From Candidatus Bathyarchaeota archaeon (lineage in GTDB: Archaea; Thermoproteota; Bathyarchaeia; Bathyarchaeales; Bathycorpusculaceae), in the NCBI GenBank assembly GCA_963717465.1, contig OY970340.1:1632001-1696000 (forward strand): 64,000 nucleotides of DNA. The letters are read 5' to 3'. Shown in pieces: positions 10,966-21,609 of this stretch. The notes under the pieces are model-generated. The model was not told the origin of the DNA. It did not search any database and worked only from the letters and a program-made list of their open reading frames with translations. The position numbers and the translations under genes are program-made. Each line of letters opens with the position of its first letter. Position 1 is the first letter of the stretch.

Positions 10966-11263
10966 TATACGCCAAAATGCCACATGCGTCAGCATCAATT
11001 TTTATTTGGGCTTAGCATCCTAGAAAACACAATTCAAACTCCATTCATTTCCTTCTTTTCAATCTGCGAAAAATATAATTTGAATTGCTGCGATTTTTGC
11101 TTTTGTTGAATTTTCTGGAAAAAAGCATCGGTTTCGCCAGCTCAAGCTTTTTCAGCTGAAAAGAGTAAGCGAGCCGCACCGATTTTATATTGATTTGTTG
11201 TTGCAGTTATGCGACAACTTATGTTAATAGCTTTGTTTCAATGGTTTTAATTTGTAAATTGAG

Positions 11264-11581
11264 GTGAGATTAATTTTGGAGGACGTATATGCAGGTACAG
11301 TTGAATCCATAGTAGTTGATTCTATGGATAGAAAGCCTACTAACCCAGAGTTGCTACGACGAGCTTTTGTATTTATCACGACAGAGCAAGAGCAATGTGA
11401 TCTTGCAGTTGAAGACTTAAGACAAATTGAAGGGGTCGATGAAGTTTATCGTTCTCTTGGATGCTATGATATCGTAGCTAAAGTAAGTGCTAAATCAGTA
11501 GATCTTCTAAGAGAATTGGTTTTTCAGCGAATTAAAAATCTTTCAAGCATAAAATCAACTTTAACATTAACTATAGTTTAA
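11264..11581 (+). CDS. Lrp/AsnC ligand-binding (RAM) domain protein
   Basis: AFVFI...IEGVDEVY...GCYDIVAKV...IKSTLTL; true start may lie further downstream. Confidence 0.8.
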   Translation: MRLILEDVYAGTVESIVVDSMDRKPTNPELLRRAFVFITTEQEQCDLAVEDLRQIEGVDEVYRSLGCYDIVAKVSAKSVDLLRELVFQRIKNLSSIKSTLTLTIV

Positions 11582-11814
11582 TCATTCAAAATTCCTGCGA
11601 ATTTGGAAACTCTCTTTTTTTTGTAAATACCTGATACTGAGAATTAACTTAAATTATTTAAGAACAAGAAACTTGCTAAAAGCTGTAATATAAGCAGCTG
11701 CGGGTCTGACAATAAGGGTCTTTTATTGAATTGTTACATAGAACTTTTCAAGAAAATATTTATTCTGCGAGATAATCTAAGCAATAATCATTGAAAGCAA
11801 GTTGATGTTCATTA

Positions 11815-12138
11815 ATGAGCGAAACTGAAAAACATTCAGACACCCACTTTAAGAATGAGGTAGAAAAGAAGGAAACCGCAATCGTTCTGTTTTATGCATC
11901 TTGGTGTCCTTTCTCACAGAGATTCCTGCCTATTTTTGAGGAATACGCAAAGAACAATCCGAAACAGTGTCTAAGTTTAAAAATGGATGATAAAGAGTAT
12001 CTTTGTGACGATTACTCTATAGAGTATTACCCAACAGTAATTCTTTTCAAAAAAGGAAAAATTCACAAAAGACTCGATTCAGAACATGGTCTTGGATTAA
12101 CTGAAGAACAATTTAAGAAATTTGTAAACAAAATGTAA
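11815..12138 (+). CDS. thioredoxin-family protein (WCPFS, CxxS)
   Basis: FYASWCPFS...IEYYPTVILFKKG. Confidence 0.85.
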   Translation: MSETEKHSDTHFKNEVEKKETAIVLFYASWCPFSQRFLPIFEEYAKNNPKQCLSLKMDDKEYLCDDYSIEYYPTVILFKKGKIHKRLDSEHGLGLTEEQFKKFVNKM

Positions 12139-12330
12139 CGCCTTCACTTTTAGTTCCTTCATGCAGCAGATTAGCGAAATACTTGTTGGTGCCAAAGTGA
12201 ACCAACAATCGTTTTTATCTACGAGCAACTAGAGCTTCATTTTGAAGAATTTCAGATACTAAAGAATTTTTTTAGTCTGTTTTGACCCGCCAAATTTGCT
12301 GAAAATTCCTCGCAAGTTTGGAGAAAAAAC

Positions 12331-12939
12331 ATGAAAAAAAGAAGAATAGGTTTTTTAATTTTCTTTCTCGAGGTTGCAGTTTTAATTCTAATCCTGATTT
12401 ATAGTGCGGAGTTGTTGACTGAAGGTTTTTCGGTTCAAAGTGCAATAAACAGTCCAAATCTATCAATATCAACTTCAAACGAAAAAGTAACGATTAATGC
12501 TGATTTATTACCCAACGCAACGTCGTCTCCGACGCCGACTCCTTCTCCCAGCTCATCTCCAAGTCCTTCCCCGTCCGCAACGCCAACCCCCTCGCCAAGT
12601 GCGACTCCCTCGCCAAGTGCGACTCCCTCACCGACTGTGACTCCCGCACCGAGTGCAACTCCAAATCCAACCCCTACTCAAACACCAACTCCGACAAGCA
12701 TTCCCAAAACTACGCCTTCCCCTTCACCTTCGCCGTCGCCGACGCCAAGCGTGTCTTCAGTTACCCCAACTCCTTCACCAAGCGTTGACCAAGCATCAGT
12801 CTCACCAAACCCTAATGCTCTATCACCGAATAGTGAATACGGAATTAGCGCTTATTATTGGGCAACATTGGTAGCGGCAGTGACAATTATTTTTGTGGTT
12901 ATCGCTACGTCAGTCTTTAAGAAGAAGCAGATTAAATAA
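12331..12939 (+). CDS. membrane-anchored Pro/Ser/Thr-rich surface protein
   Basis: N-terminal signal/TM segment, long PS/PT linker, C-terminal TM followed by basic residues. Confidence 0.75.
   Translation: MKKRRIGFLIFFLEVAVLILILIYSAELLTEGFSVQSAINSPNLSISTSNEKVTINADLLPNATSSPTPTPSPSSSPSPSPSATPTPSPSATPSPSATPSPTVTPAPSATPNPTPTQTPTPTSIPKTTPSPSPSPSPTPSVSSVTPTPSPSVDQASVSPNPNALSPNSEYGISAYYWATLVAAVTIIFVVIATSVFKKKQIK
12520..12800 (+). repeat. coding low-complexity PS/PT repeat
   Basis: Tandem CCCTCGCCAAGTGCGACT units and related degenerate copies. Confidence 0.8.
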
Positions 12940-13069
12940 AATAAAGATGCTGAGCTATAAAAAATAAAATGAGTTTTTAGATCGCTAAAGCCTGCTGGTT
13001 TTGCCTAAAATAAAGTAAAAATAAGTTTTAGAGGAAATTGAGGTGAAATTAGGTTTGGTGAGCATTTGC

Positions 13070-15469
13070 TCATTCTTTGGAGGATATTGGTTGAACTTCT
13101 TGTTTTGCGTTGATCTTTTGCATGAGGTTTTTTCTGACGTCTTCTTTTAGTGGTCCCATTTTCGAAATTCTATTGTTGAATACTTCAAAGACGTTTATTA
13201 TTTTGTTGTATTCTGGGAGCGTAGTCGAATACGATATTATCCGCATCGGTTCGATATTGTAAGCGCTTAAATCTTTTTTCAACTGGTTGGTATATTCCCG
13301 CAAGGCGTCTTCGCTGAACACGCCGCCATGATCTTCAAACATTATAACACCGTCAGCTCCATAAGCAAAAGCGTGCAACAAATGCTTCAAGCCTATACGT
13401 CCTGTACTGGGAACTCTTATTATTTTGACGTTTGCTGGGTAAGTTGCTCGGCTTTGTCCTGCTAAATCTGCAGCTCCATAGGCGATTTCTTTTTCAAGAA
13501 ACGCTACTAGCTTTGGTGTCATGCTGTAATCGCTGACACTGTGAATTTGAGCCATTAACTGTTCTTCAGTTGAATTATTGAGGTTGATTGCTTCTTTTGG
13601 ACACTTTGGCACGCAGATTCCGCATCCAATGCACGAAATAGAATTGACGGTTATGGCTTTCGATGACTTTTCAATCGCTGAGACTGGGCATACTTTTATG
13701 CATATTTCGCAGCTGTCACATTTCTTCGGATCTATGTATGCCACTTCTGGGGAGATTGAGATTTCACCTTTGCCCAAAAACGTAGCTACTCTTGACGCAA
13801 CTGCCGACGATTCTAAGGTTGTCTCTCTGATATCTTTTGGACTTACAGCGCACCCGGCGATGAATATTCCTTCTCGTTGACTATCAACTGGTTTTAGCTT
13901 GTAGTGCTTTTCTACGAGGAACTCGTCTGATCCAATCTGAATTCCAAGTTTTTTAGCTAATTCCTGAGCACCTGAAGCTGGAGTAATTCCGAGAACTAGC
14001 ACAACTAAATCGAAAACTCCTTCAATGGGGCATCCGACAAGGGTATCCTCTGCTTTTACTAATAAATCGCCGCTCTTTAATGGTAAAATTTCGGCTACAC
14101 GCCCTCTAACAAATTTTACGTTATGCTCTCTGGCTTTAGCGTAAAACTCTTCGTATCCCTTTCCATCAGCTCTTATATCAGTGTAGAAAATCCATGGTTC
14201 AGCGTCTGGCACTACTTTTTGAACCAACATTGCTTGTTTAATTGAAGCCATGCAGCCAATCTTACAGCAGTGCTCCACGCCGCCAAGCTCTTTATTCGTC
14301 ATTCGGCTGCCTACGCAAAGGACAAAAGCAACTTTCTTTGCGACTTTCTTATCTGAAGGCCTTTTCATCTCCTGACCTATAAGTCGTTCAAGCTGCAAGT
14401 TGGTTATTACATCTGGATTTAAGCCGAACTTGTATTCCCCAAATTTCTTTGCATCAACAAGTTCAAAGCCTGTTGAAGAAATTACAGAACCAACATCAAG
14501 TTCAATATTTTCTTCCTTTTGGTTAAAATCAATGGCTTTGCCTTTGCAGAATTTCTCGCAGAGTCTGCAAACTCCTTTTGTTAAATATAGACAATGCTCT
14601 TTATCGATTACATACGTCTTTGGGACTGCTTGCTTAAAAGGTGTATAAATGGCTTTTCGAGTTGACAAATTAGCATCAAATTCGCTTGGTACATTGACTG
14701 GGCAAACCTTTTCGCATTCGCCGCATGCGGTACAATTGGCGGCATTAACAAATCTTGGGCTTTTCTTGATTAAAGCTCGGTAGTTTCCTGGAGATCCCTC
14801 AACGGCTTGTACTTCTGCCATTGGAATAATTTTGATGTTAGGATGTTGCGCAACGCTTACCATTTTTGGCGTCAATATGCATTGTGAGCAGTCCAAGGTT
14901 GGGAAAGTTTTGCTTAGTTGAGCCATGTGTCCGCCTATGCTTGGACTTCGCTCCACTAAGTATACTTGATAACCTTTATCTGCAATCTCTATCGAAGTGG
15001 TAATGCCTGCAATTCCGCCTCCAATGACAAGAGTGTCTTTTTTCACTGGAATTGCCTTGGCAGTTAAGGGTTCCAAGTAGCGAGCTCTCGATACTGCGCT
15101 GCGAATTATGTCGATGGCTTTAGAGGTTGCTTCGTCTTTGTTTCCGTGAACCCAACTGCATTGTTCTCTGATATTTGCCATTTCGAGCAAGTAAGGGTTT
15201 AAACCTGCTGCTTCTACGACACGTCTAAATGTGTCCAGATGCATTCGCGGCGAGCAGGATGCTACAACGATTCTGTTTAATCCGTTTTCCTTAATGCCTT
15301 TTTTGATCATTTCTTGCCCTGGGTCACTGCATACGTATTCGTATTTTTCTACGACTTTTACGCCGTCAAGTTTTGAAACAGCTTCTTTTACCTTGGCAAC
15401 GTCAACTGTGTCGCTTATGTTTCCTCCACAGTGGCAAATATAAACTCCGATCTTTGCTTTTTCAGTCAA
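13070..15469 (-). CDS. hdrA: heterodisulfide reductase subunit A fused to a degenerate MvhD domain
   Basis: [33 protein letters not shown] motif, TFPTLDC, ferredoxin motifs; C-terminal YGAADLAG...YPANVKIIRV...GADGV. Confidence 0.93.
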   Translation of the reverse strand: MTEKAKIGVYICHCGGNISDTVDVAKVKEAVSKLDGVKVVEKYEYVCSDPGQEMIKKGIKENGLNRIVVASCSPRMHLDTFRRVVEAAGLNPYLLEMANIREQCSWVHGNKDEATSKAIDIIRSAVSRARYLEPLTAKAIPVKKDTLVIGGGIAGITTSIEIADKGYQVYLVERSPSIGGHMAQLSKTFPTLDCSQCILTPKMVSVAQHPNIKIIPMAEVQAVEGSPGNYRALIKKSPRFVNAANCTACGECEKVCPVNVPSEFDANLSTRKAIYTPFKQAVPKTYVIDKEHCLYLTKGVCRLCEKFCKGKAIDFNQKEENIELDVGSVISSTGFELVDAKKFGEYKFGLNPDVITNLQLERLIGQEMKRPSDKKVAKKVAFVLCVGSRMTNKELGGVEHCCKIGCMASIKQAMLVQKVVPDAEPWIFYTDIRADGKGYEEFYAKAREHNVKFVRGRVAEILPLKSGDLLVKAEDTLVGCPIEGVFDLVVLVLGITPASGAQELAKKLGIQIGSDEFLVEKHYKLKPVDSQREGIFIAGCAVSPKDIRETTLESSAVASRVATFLGKGEISISPEVAYIDPKKCDSCEICIKVCPVSAIEKSSKAITVNSISCIGCGICVPKCPKEAINLNNSTEEQLMAQIHSVSDYSMTPKLVAFLEKEIAYGAADLAGQSRATYPANVKIIRVPSTGRIGLKHLLHAFAYGADGVIMFEDHGGVFSEDALREYTNQLKKDLSAYNIEPMRIISYSTTLPEYNKIINVFEVFNNRISKMGPLKEDVRKNLMQKINAKQEVQPISSKE

Positions 15470-15484
15470 TTTTCGTTACATCTC

Positions 15485-16372
15485 TTATGCTTTAAGTTTG
15501 TTAACGAGAGTTTGAACTTGGGTTTTATTTTTGTCCAGGCCGATCTCTGCTGGGGTCATACCGAGCGCTAAACCCAAGAGTTGCGTTAGAAAGACTACTG
15601 GTAACTCGTATTTAGTTTTCAACTTTTGATTTATTTCAACTTGTCCGTTATCAAATTGGAGATGACAGAAGGCACATGGTGTGACTACACAATCTGCTCC
15701 AGCACTAAGCATGTTGTCAATCTTTGACCTGGTGAAATCAAGGGCAACATCAATGGCGTCAGATCTCACTCCGCCGCCTGCGCCGCAGCATTGCATTTTA
15801 TCCTTGTAATCAACGCTTTCTGCACCCAATGTTCTAACAAAATCATCGATTATAGTTGGGTTTTCAGCTGAACCGTGTTTTCTCACCGCGCTTGGCTTTA
15901 AAAAGTGGCAACCATAGTGGACTGCAACTTTGATGTTGCTAAGTGGGACTTTTACCTTTTCTTTAATAGCTGAGTAGCCAACATCTTCGTTTAAAACTTC
16001 AATTATGTGTTTTACTTTTGTTGTTCCTTTATATTCTCTATTGACTTCTTTGAAGATATCATTCACCTGATGCTTCAATTCGTCATTTTCCATTAAGAGG
16101 CAGTTAGTCTCCTGAAGTGACCCGTAGCAGCCATTACAGGTAACTGCTATATCCTTATTCATTTGCTCGGCGATAGTAAGGTTTCTTGCACTAATCACAG
16201 CCCATGTTAACATGTCAAAAGAGCCGAAGACTCCTGGAGCAGGGCAGCATGAAGCCCCCTTCATATCCAGTAATTCTATTCCAAAAACTCCAAGTGTTTT
16301 TTTGGTTGCTAATTCAATTCCAGGGTAACGGTTGGGCGCAATACATCCAAGAAAGTAAGCATACTGTTTCAT
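15485..16372 (-). CDS. hdrB: CoB-CoM heterodisulfide reductase subunit B
   Basis: GCIAPNRYPG, SCCPAPG, CNGC, HYGCH, CCGAGGG, CAFC. Confidence 0.95.
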   Translation of the reverse strand: MKQYAYFLGCIAPNRYPGIELATKKTLGVFGIELLDMKGASCCPAPGVFGSFDMLTWAVISARNLTIAEQMNKDIAVTCNGCYGSLQETNCLLMENDELKHQVNDIFKEVNREYKGTTKVKHIIEVLNEDVGYSAIKEKVKVPLSNIKVAVHYGCHFLKPSAVRKHGSAENPTIIDDFVRTLGAESVDYKDKMQCCGAGGGVRSDAIDVALDFTRSKIDNMLSAGADCVVTPCAFCHLQFDNGQVEINQKLKTKYELPVVFLTQLLGLALGMTPAEIGLDKNKTQVQTLVNKLKA

Positions 16373-16950
16373 TTTTTAACCTCTCCCTTAACTGCTTTTT
16401 CTGCAACGAGAACCTTAAATCCTGTTTTTTCAAGTAACTTGTTTATTTCTTTAAGTCCCTCAGGATCACTGAGAGTAGTTGGCGGAACCTCTGATAGTCC
16501 CATGTTTTTTCTAACTGCTTTCATTTCATCATTAATAGGCACGGCATGCCCACTCGCCATGAAAGCTTTGGCGATTTTTCTATGTGATTCTTTTATGTTG
16601 CCATTTTTCACGGCCATGTTTCTGAGAATTCTAACTATGTCAGTAGTGTGAATGCCTCGGGGGCACCTTTCTTGACAGGTATAACAAGTAGTGCATTTCC
16701 ACAAATCATCACTCGAAAGAACTTTATCTTTTAATCCTGTCGAAGTCTCTTCAAAAATTTTTCTAATTCGCCATGAAGTTCGTCTTCCAGAGGGGCAGCC
16801 TCCGACACACCTTCCGCATTGAAGGCATTGTCTAAGTTTTTCTATTTCTTCCTTGTTATAGAATTTTGAACCAGCATCTATAACTTCATTGCGAAAATTA
16901 AATGATGCGTCTTGAATAACTTCTTTCTTTGGAGCCATCCTTATCCCCAT
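16369..16950 (-). CDS. hdrC: CoB-CoM heterodisulfide reductase subunit C
   Basis: CLQCGRCVGGCP and CTTCYTCQERCPRG; overlaps hdrB start. Confidence 0.95.
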   Translation of the reverse strand: MGIRMAPKKEVIQDASFNFRNEVIDAGSKFYNKEEIEKLRQCLQCGRCVGGCPSGRRTSWRIRKIFEETSTGLKDKVLSSDDLWKCTTCYTCQERCPRGIHTTDIVRILRNMAVKNGNIKESHRKIAKAFMASGHAVPINDEMKAVRKNMGLSEVPPTTLSDPEGLKEINKLLEKTGFKVLVAEKAVKGEVKK

Positions 16951-17196
16951 GCTCTTTTCTTAGCCAACTCTACGCTGCTTAGTTTTGAATAAACATTGAC
17001 CCGTGAATTTAAACATTTTTACCTCACCGAATTCATTTAAAATGTTAAAGTCTGCTCAGTTTTATAATGAAAGTTAACTGTTGCATGTACCTTGAGGTGC
17101 ATTATAATGGCAAGCCGATAAGAAATTAACATGACAAGACATAAATAAGCTCAATCGCTTTTTAGTTTCTTAAAAAATAGGAGTGCTACAACTATA

Positions 17197-18222
17197 ATGG
17201 ATTTAAAAGAAAGGTTTCTTGCTTCAACGAAGCGTAAACCAGTTGATAGAGTTCCTTGTGCAAGTCCCCTTCAAACGGCAACAGTAGATTTAATGAATAA
17301 ATGTGGCGCGAGTTGGCCTGAAGCTTTTAGAAATGCAGAGAAAATGGCTACTCTTTCCGCTGCAGCTTACGAAATAGGCGGAATTGAAAGTGTTCGAGTG
17401 CCTTTTGACTTATCCGTCGAGGCAGAAACGTTGGGCTGCAAAATTAAACCAGGCTTGGTCAACGTCCAGCCGCAAACATTAGAAGGCATAATTAATAGTC
17501 CCGATGATGTTGGCAAAGTGAAGGTTCCTGATCCGAAAACAGCTGAACCTATGGCAACAGTCTTAAAAGCAGTAAAGATTCTCAAAGGAAAGTATCCCGA
17601 CAAAGTACCTATTATCGGTGCAGCTTTGGGTCCCATGACGCTAGCCGGACACGTTAATGGTATAGAAAAATTTTTGGTGGCCTTGAGAAAGCAACAGGAT
17701 TTTGCCAGATCAATTCTTGATTTTGCAACGCAAGTTTCAACAACTTATTCGCTTGCGCTAGTTGAAGCTGGCGCTGACGTCATAAGTTTAATAGATCCCT
17801 CAGCAACTGGGGAAATATTAGGGCCAAGGTTCGAAAAAGAGTTCGCTACTCCATACACCAAGAAAGTGGTTGAGCAAATACACAAAGCAGGAGTACCTGT
17901 AATCTTACATATCTGCGGCAAATCTACCATTATTTGGGATTCTATGGTTGAGACTGGATCAGACATGCTCAGCATCAGTGAGCAAGTTGACATGGCTGAA
18001 GCAAAACAAAAAATAGGCAGCAAAGTTGCTCTTGCTGGCAACATTAATCCGATTCAGACTTTGCAGTTTGGGACACCGCAAGACGTGGAGAAAGCAGTCA
18101 AAGAATGCATAGAAAAGGGCGTAGATAACCTTTGCCCAGGTTGCGGATTCACACCGAATACATCACTAGAAAACATGAAGAAAATGACAGATGCGTGCAG
18201 AGCTGTAGGAGCCAAACGATAA
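17197..18222 (+). CDS. mtaA: methylcobamide:CoM methyltransferase (MtaA/MtbA family)
   Basis: URO-D fold; VRVPFD..VEAETLG, Zn motif LHICG...PGCG. Confidence 0.85.
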   Translation: MDLKERFLASTKRKPVDRVPCASPLQTATVDLMNKCGASWPEAFRNAEKMATLSAAAYEIGGIESVRVPFDLSVEAETLGCKIKPGLVNVQPQTLEGIINSPDDVGKVKVPDPKTAEPMATVLKAVKILKGKYPDKVPIIGAALGPMTLAGHVNGIEKFLVALRKQQDFARSILDFATQVSTTYSLALVEAGADVISLIDPSATGEILGPRFEKEFATPYTKKVVEQIHKAGVPVILHICGKSTIIWDSMVETGSDMLSISEQVDMAEAKQKIGSKVALAGNINPIQTLQFGTPQDVEKAVKECIEKGVDNLCPGCGFTPNTSLENMKKMTDACRAVGAKR

Positions 18223-18469
18223 ATTCAAAGGCATGCAGCTTAAACAGCCCTCTCTTTTATTTTAGCGGTATGTAACTGCTCAGAAATGTTTATAATAAAT
18301 TTTCGCAAATTTCGTAATTTTCTAACCCTTTCTCAACATTTTTGCCAGCATGTAGTGTGTATTATTCGTCAATAAACGAAATACATACCTTTCCATGCAC
18401 GTTTAGTGTTTTGGCACTCTATAAGGTAGGTCCGTGAGCGTCGCGCAGCCTTTCGGCAGTGCGCGCTAA

Positions 18470-18660
18470 ATTGCGTCTTGTTAAGTTCAATAGTTGCTCA
18501 AAGAGTTTATTATAACCTTGAAGGATGTATTCAATGACTTCTCCTTTATCATTAAAGACAAGCTCACAGACTTGAACGTCTACATTAAGCATTCTAAAAG
18601 TTTAAGACAATTATCAAAACTATTTTGGAAGATATCTTGAACGATTTGTTTTTCTTCCAT
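18470..18660 (-). pseudogene. frameshifted PAS-domain-like remnant
   Basis: ATG 18660 MEEKQIVQ...; after a shift CELVFNDKGEVIEYILQGYNKLFEQLLNLTR resembles a PAS N-terminus. Confidence 0.35.
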
Positions 18661-18680
18661 AAATCCCAATAATTAATTAT

Positions 18681-18722
18681 TTCTGATTAGGTACTTTATT
18701 AATTCTGATTAGGTATTTTATT
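18681..18722. repeat. 20-bp tandem direct repeat
   Basis: TTCTGATTAGGTACTTTATT (18681) and TTCTGATTAGGTATTTTATT (18703). Confidence 0.8.
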
Positions 18723-19165
18723 TTTTAGGTTTAATCTAATTAACATGACAAAACCACAAGCAGAGATGGCTTGAATTGACCTTGTTTTAGTCCAAGCGAA
18801 TGCAAAAACTGGCAGGAAGAAGAGGTGAAGCATTCCACTTTGGATTAAATGTCAATTCAACCAGCCTCATATTTTTGGATTGGGTTTAGTGCGCACTCCA
18901 AATCAATTGTCTTTTGCGTTATGAAAATATCGTAAGCTGCTTTTACGCATTGATTGGCTGCTTCAAAAATATTTTGATTTGAACTATGATTAAATGGTTC
19001 TGTAGGTATTAATCCCTAAATATGTCTTGGGAGAAATGAGTCTTGAAATCGACATTATTGGATTTTGACCTTTTTGGTTTAAGTCGGTAGGCCTAGCGCT
19101 GCTACAATATATTTAATTAATGTTTACTTAAAGGCTTAAATATCAGTAAAATTTCCAAAGCATTT

Positions 19166-20215
19166 ATGACAACTCCATATGATCGATTGATTAATGTTTT
19201 GAGTGGTAAAAAAGCTGAAGTTGATCGACTTCCCGTTATAAACCCTGTCTCCACTTACACATATGATTCTATGAAAGCATATGACGCCTATTGGCCAGCT
19301 GCCCATAGAGATCCTGAAAAAATGGCAAAGCTAGCCGCAGGGCTCCATAGACTTGCAGGCTTAGGTAACGTGACAGTTCCATTTGAATTGACCTTCGAGG
19401 CTGAGATTCTCGGTGCCCCAGTGCAGTTTTTCGAAGACAAGATAAAATGGCCCACTGTTAAGGGTTTTATTGCTCATGAAGTTTCTGACCTTAAATTTCC
19501 CAAGGATATATCAACGGCTGGAAGAATACCAGTTGTTACTAATGCTATTAAAATATTAAAAAGGGAATTCGAAGGCAAAGTCCCAATAATTGCGTACATA
19601 AATTGTCCATTCACCAGCATCAGTAGCTACTTAGTTGAACCAGTCGAATTCCTGAAATCTCTAAGACGTGAACCCGAGAAGGTTCGCGAATTCTACAAAG
19701 CATCCTACCCATTTTATGGTGAAATTGCAAACGCGTTTAAGGAAGCCGGCGCCGACATAATCACATATAGGGAAGAAGGTGTCTCACTTGACAACATCTC
19801 AATCAAGGATTTCGACGAATATGTTAAGCCATATCTCACTAAACTGATTGGTCTCACAAAGTCGCCGAAAATTCTCCACACCTGCGGTTTATGCATAAGC
19901 CGTGAAAAGGAAATTATTGGAAGGATGATAGAATGCGGTGCCGATGCAATTTCCATTGAGGAAAGGACACCAATGAAAGCAGCAAGAGAATTCGCCGACA
20001 AGGCTAAACCAGGTTATCCTATATGCGGAAATGTTGCTCCTTTTTCGGTTATACATAATGGTCCTATTGAAAGAATCAGATTAGCCGTTAAAAAAGCAAT
20101 TGATGAAGGAGTGGATATAGTATCACCTGGCTGCGACTTTTACTTGGAGACCCCGACTGAGCATGTGAAGGCTTTCGTCAATGCCGCTATTGAGTTTGGT
20201 ACACAAACAAGGTGA
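19166..20215 (+). CDS. MtaA/CmuA (URO-D) family methyltransferase, paralogue 2
   Basis: WPAAHRDPEKMAKL, VPFE..FEAEILGA, LHTCG, PGCD. Confidence 0.85.
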   Translation: MTTPYDRLINVLSGKKAEVDRLPVINPVSTYTYDSMKAYDAYWPAAHRDPEKMAKLAAGLHRLAGLGNVTVPFELTFEAEILGAPVQFFEDKIKWPTVKGFIAHEVSDLKFPKDISTAGRIPVVTNAIKILKREFEGKVPIIAYINCPFTSISSYLVEPVEFLKSLRREPEKVREFYKASYPFYGEIANAFKEAGADIITYREEGVSLDNISIKDFDEYVKPYLTKLIGLTKSPKILHTCGLCISREKEIIGRMIECGADAISIEERTPMKAAREFADKAKPGYPICGNVAPFSVIHNGPIERIRLAVKKAIDEGVDIVSPGCDFYLETPTEHVKAFVNAAIEFGTQTR

Positions 20216-20628
20216 GGAAGTCTGTCAACTTCGTTAGGGAAATCTAAAGGTAAATTTTCGAGGAAACGTTAAGGATTATAATCGGCAAACCTCTTCTTTC
20301 GGCACTTGCCAATAAGCTTGGCATGTCGAAAAGTCTTTATTTTTTCTTTACATTTTTTATATGTGTACATTACTTAGAAAAGCATGTGCTCTGTAACTTA
20401 CCTTTCAACTATTATCCTTATTGTGAAAGCGTTCGCCATGAAGAAAGAGTTGATGAATTAATCGAAAAATAAACAGTCACTTTAAGAATTTTTTACAACA
20501 TTAAGAGATAAAGGTAATACTTAACGAATTTGACAGAAATCGGCAGGTTATGGGCAAATAAAGAAGAAGTTTACAAAAAAGTAAAAATATAGGTGTTTTT
20601 TGCTAAAAAACAACAGGTGAACAAAGAC

Positions 20629-21589
20629 ATGTTTAAATTTAAATCTCAACAAAAAATTTTCAAGATAGGAAATGTGAGTATAGGTGGACAGCCGGGAGAA
20701 CTCCCGAAGGTGCTGTTCGGAACCATTTTTTATGGCAAACATAAAATCGTAGAGGACCAGAAAAAAGGCATTTTCGACAGGAAAAAGGCAGAGGAACTGA
20801 TAAATAAACAAGAAGAGCTTTCTGATCTTACTGGTAACCCTTGCGGGTTAGATGTTGTATGCATCTCGCTTGAGTCAGCTTGTAAGTTCATCGATTTTGT
20901 TGCAGAGACAACTGATTGTCCGATTTCAGCAGATATTTGGACGCCCGAGATTAAAATTAAAGTTCTAAATCATATTGCTGAGGTAGGTCTTTCAGATCGA
21001 ATCATTTACAACAGTGTGATGTCAGTTCCGTTGCCCAGCGAAGATGAACTTAATGCTATTAGAGAGTCAAAGGTTAAGTCAGCTGTAATTCTATGTTACA
21101 ACACAAAGGATCGTACGACCAAAGGTGTTTTGTCTTTGCTCAGGGGCACTGAAGAGCAAAAGGGCTTGCTGGACATAGCTCAGGGAGCAGGAATAGAAAA
21201 GCCATTAGTTGACGCAACCATCTTTACATACATTCCAAGCATAGGCGTTGGAGCTAGAGCATGTTACTTAGTAAAAGATGAATTCGGTCTTCCAGTGGGC
21301 GGTTCACCTGGAAACGCAACTACTGTTTGGAAAGAACCAAAAAAGTGGGGACAAGATATCTTTAAAGCGTGTGAAGCAGCGGCAGAAGTTGTACCTTTAG
21401 CCTTAGGCGCAGATTACCTGTTTTATGGACCAGTTGAGTCGGCCCCTTGGGTATTTCCAGCCTGCGCTGGAGTTGACGCAATGATTGCCAGCAGCAGCTA
21501 AAACTGAATTCGGAATAAAAACCTTGACGAAAGAGCATCCACTGTATAAATTATTCCCCGAAATCGTTAAAAAGTTAGACATTGAATAA
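20629..21589 (+). CDS. MtrH/MtgA-family corrinoid:pterin methyltransferase (+1 frameshift near 21490)
   Basis: MFKF...IGGQPGELP..LFGTIFY..HKIV.D...G.FD, IIYNS, GADYLFYGPVE; the shifted tail contains HPLYKLF; AGGTGA before ATG 20629. Confidence 0.88.
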
Positions 21590-21609
21590 GAATAAAGAGA
21601 TGATGCAAT

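Noticed and set aside
12520..12800. Possible non-coding repeat array
   Set aside because: Explained by the Pro/Ser/Thr linker codons of a membrane-anchored protein
18420..18487. Integron attC site or group II intron domain V
   Set aside because: Ends in GTTAAGT but lacks the matching RYYYAAC box; stem geometry does not fit domain V; no integron integrase or RT nearby
20629..21589. Evidence for a full Na+-pumping Mtr complex
   Set aside because: Stand-alone MtrH-family gene; no mtrA-G in the window
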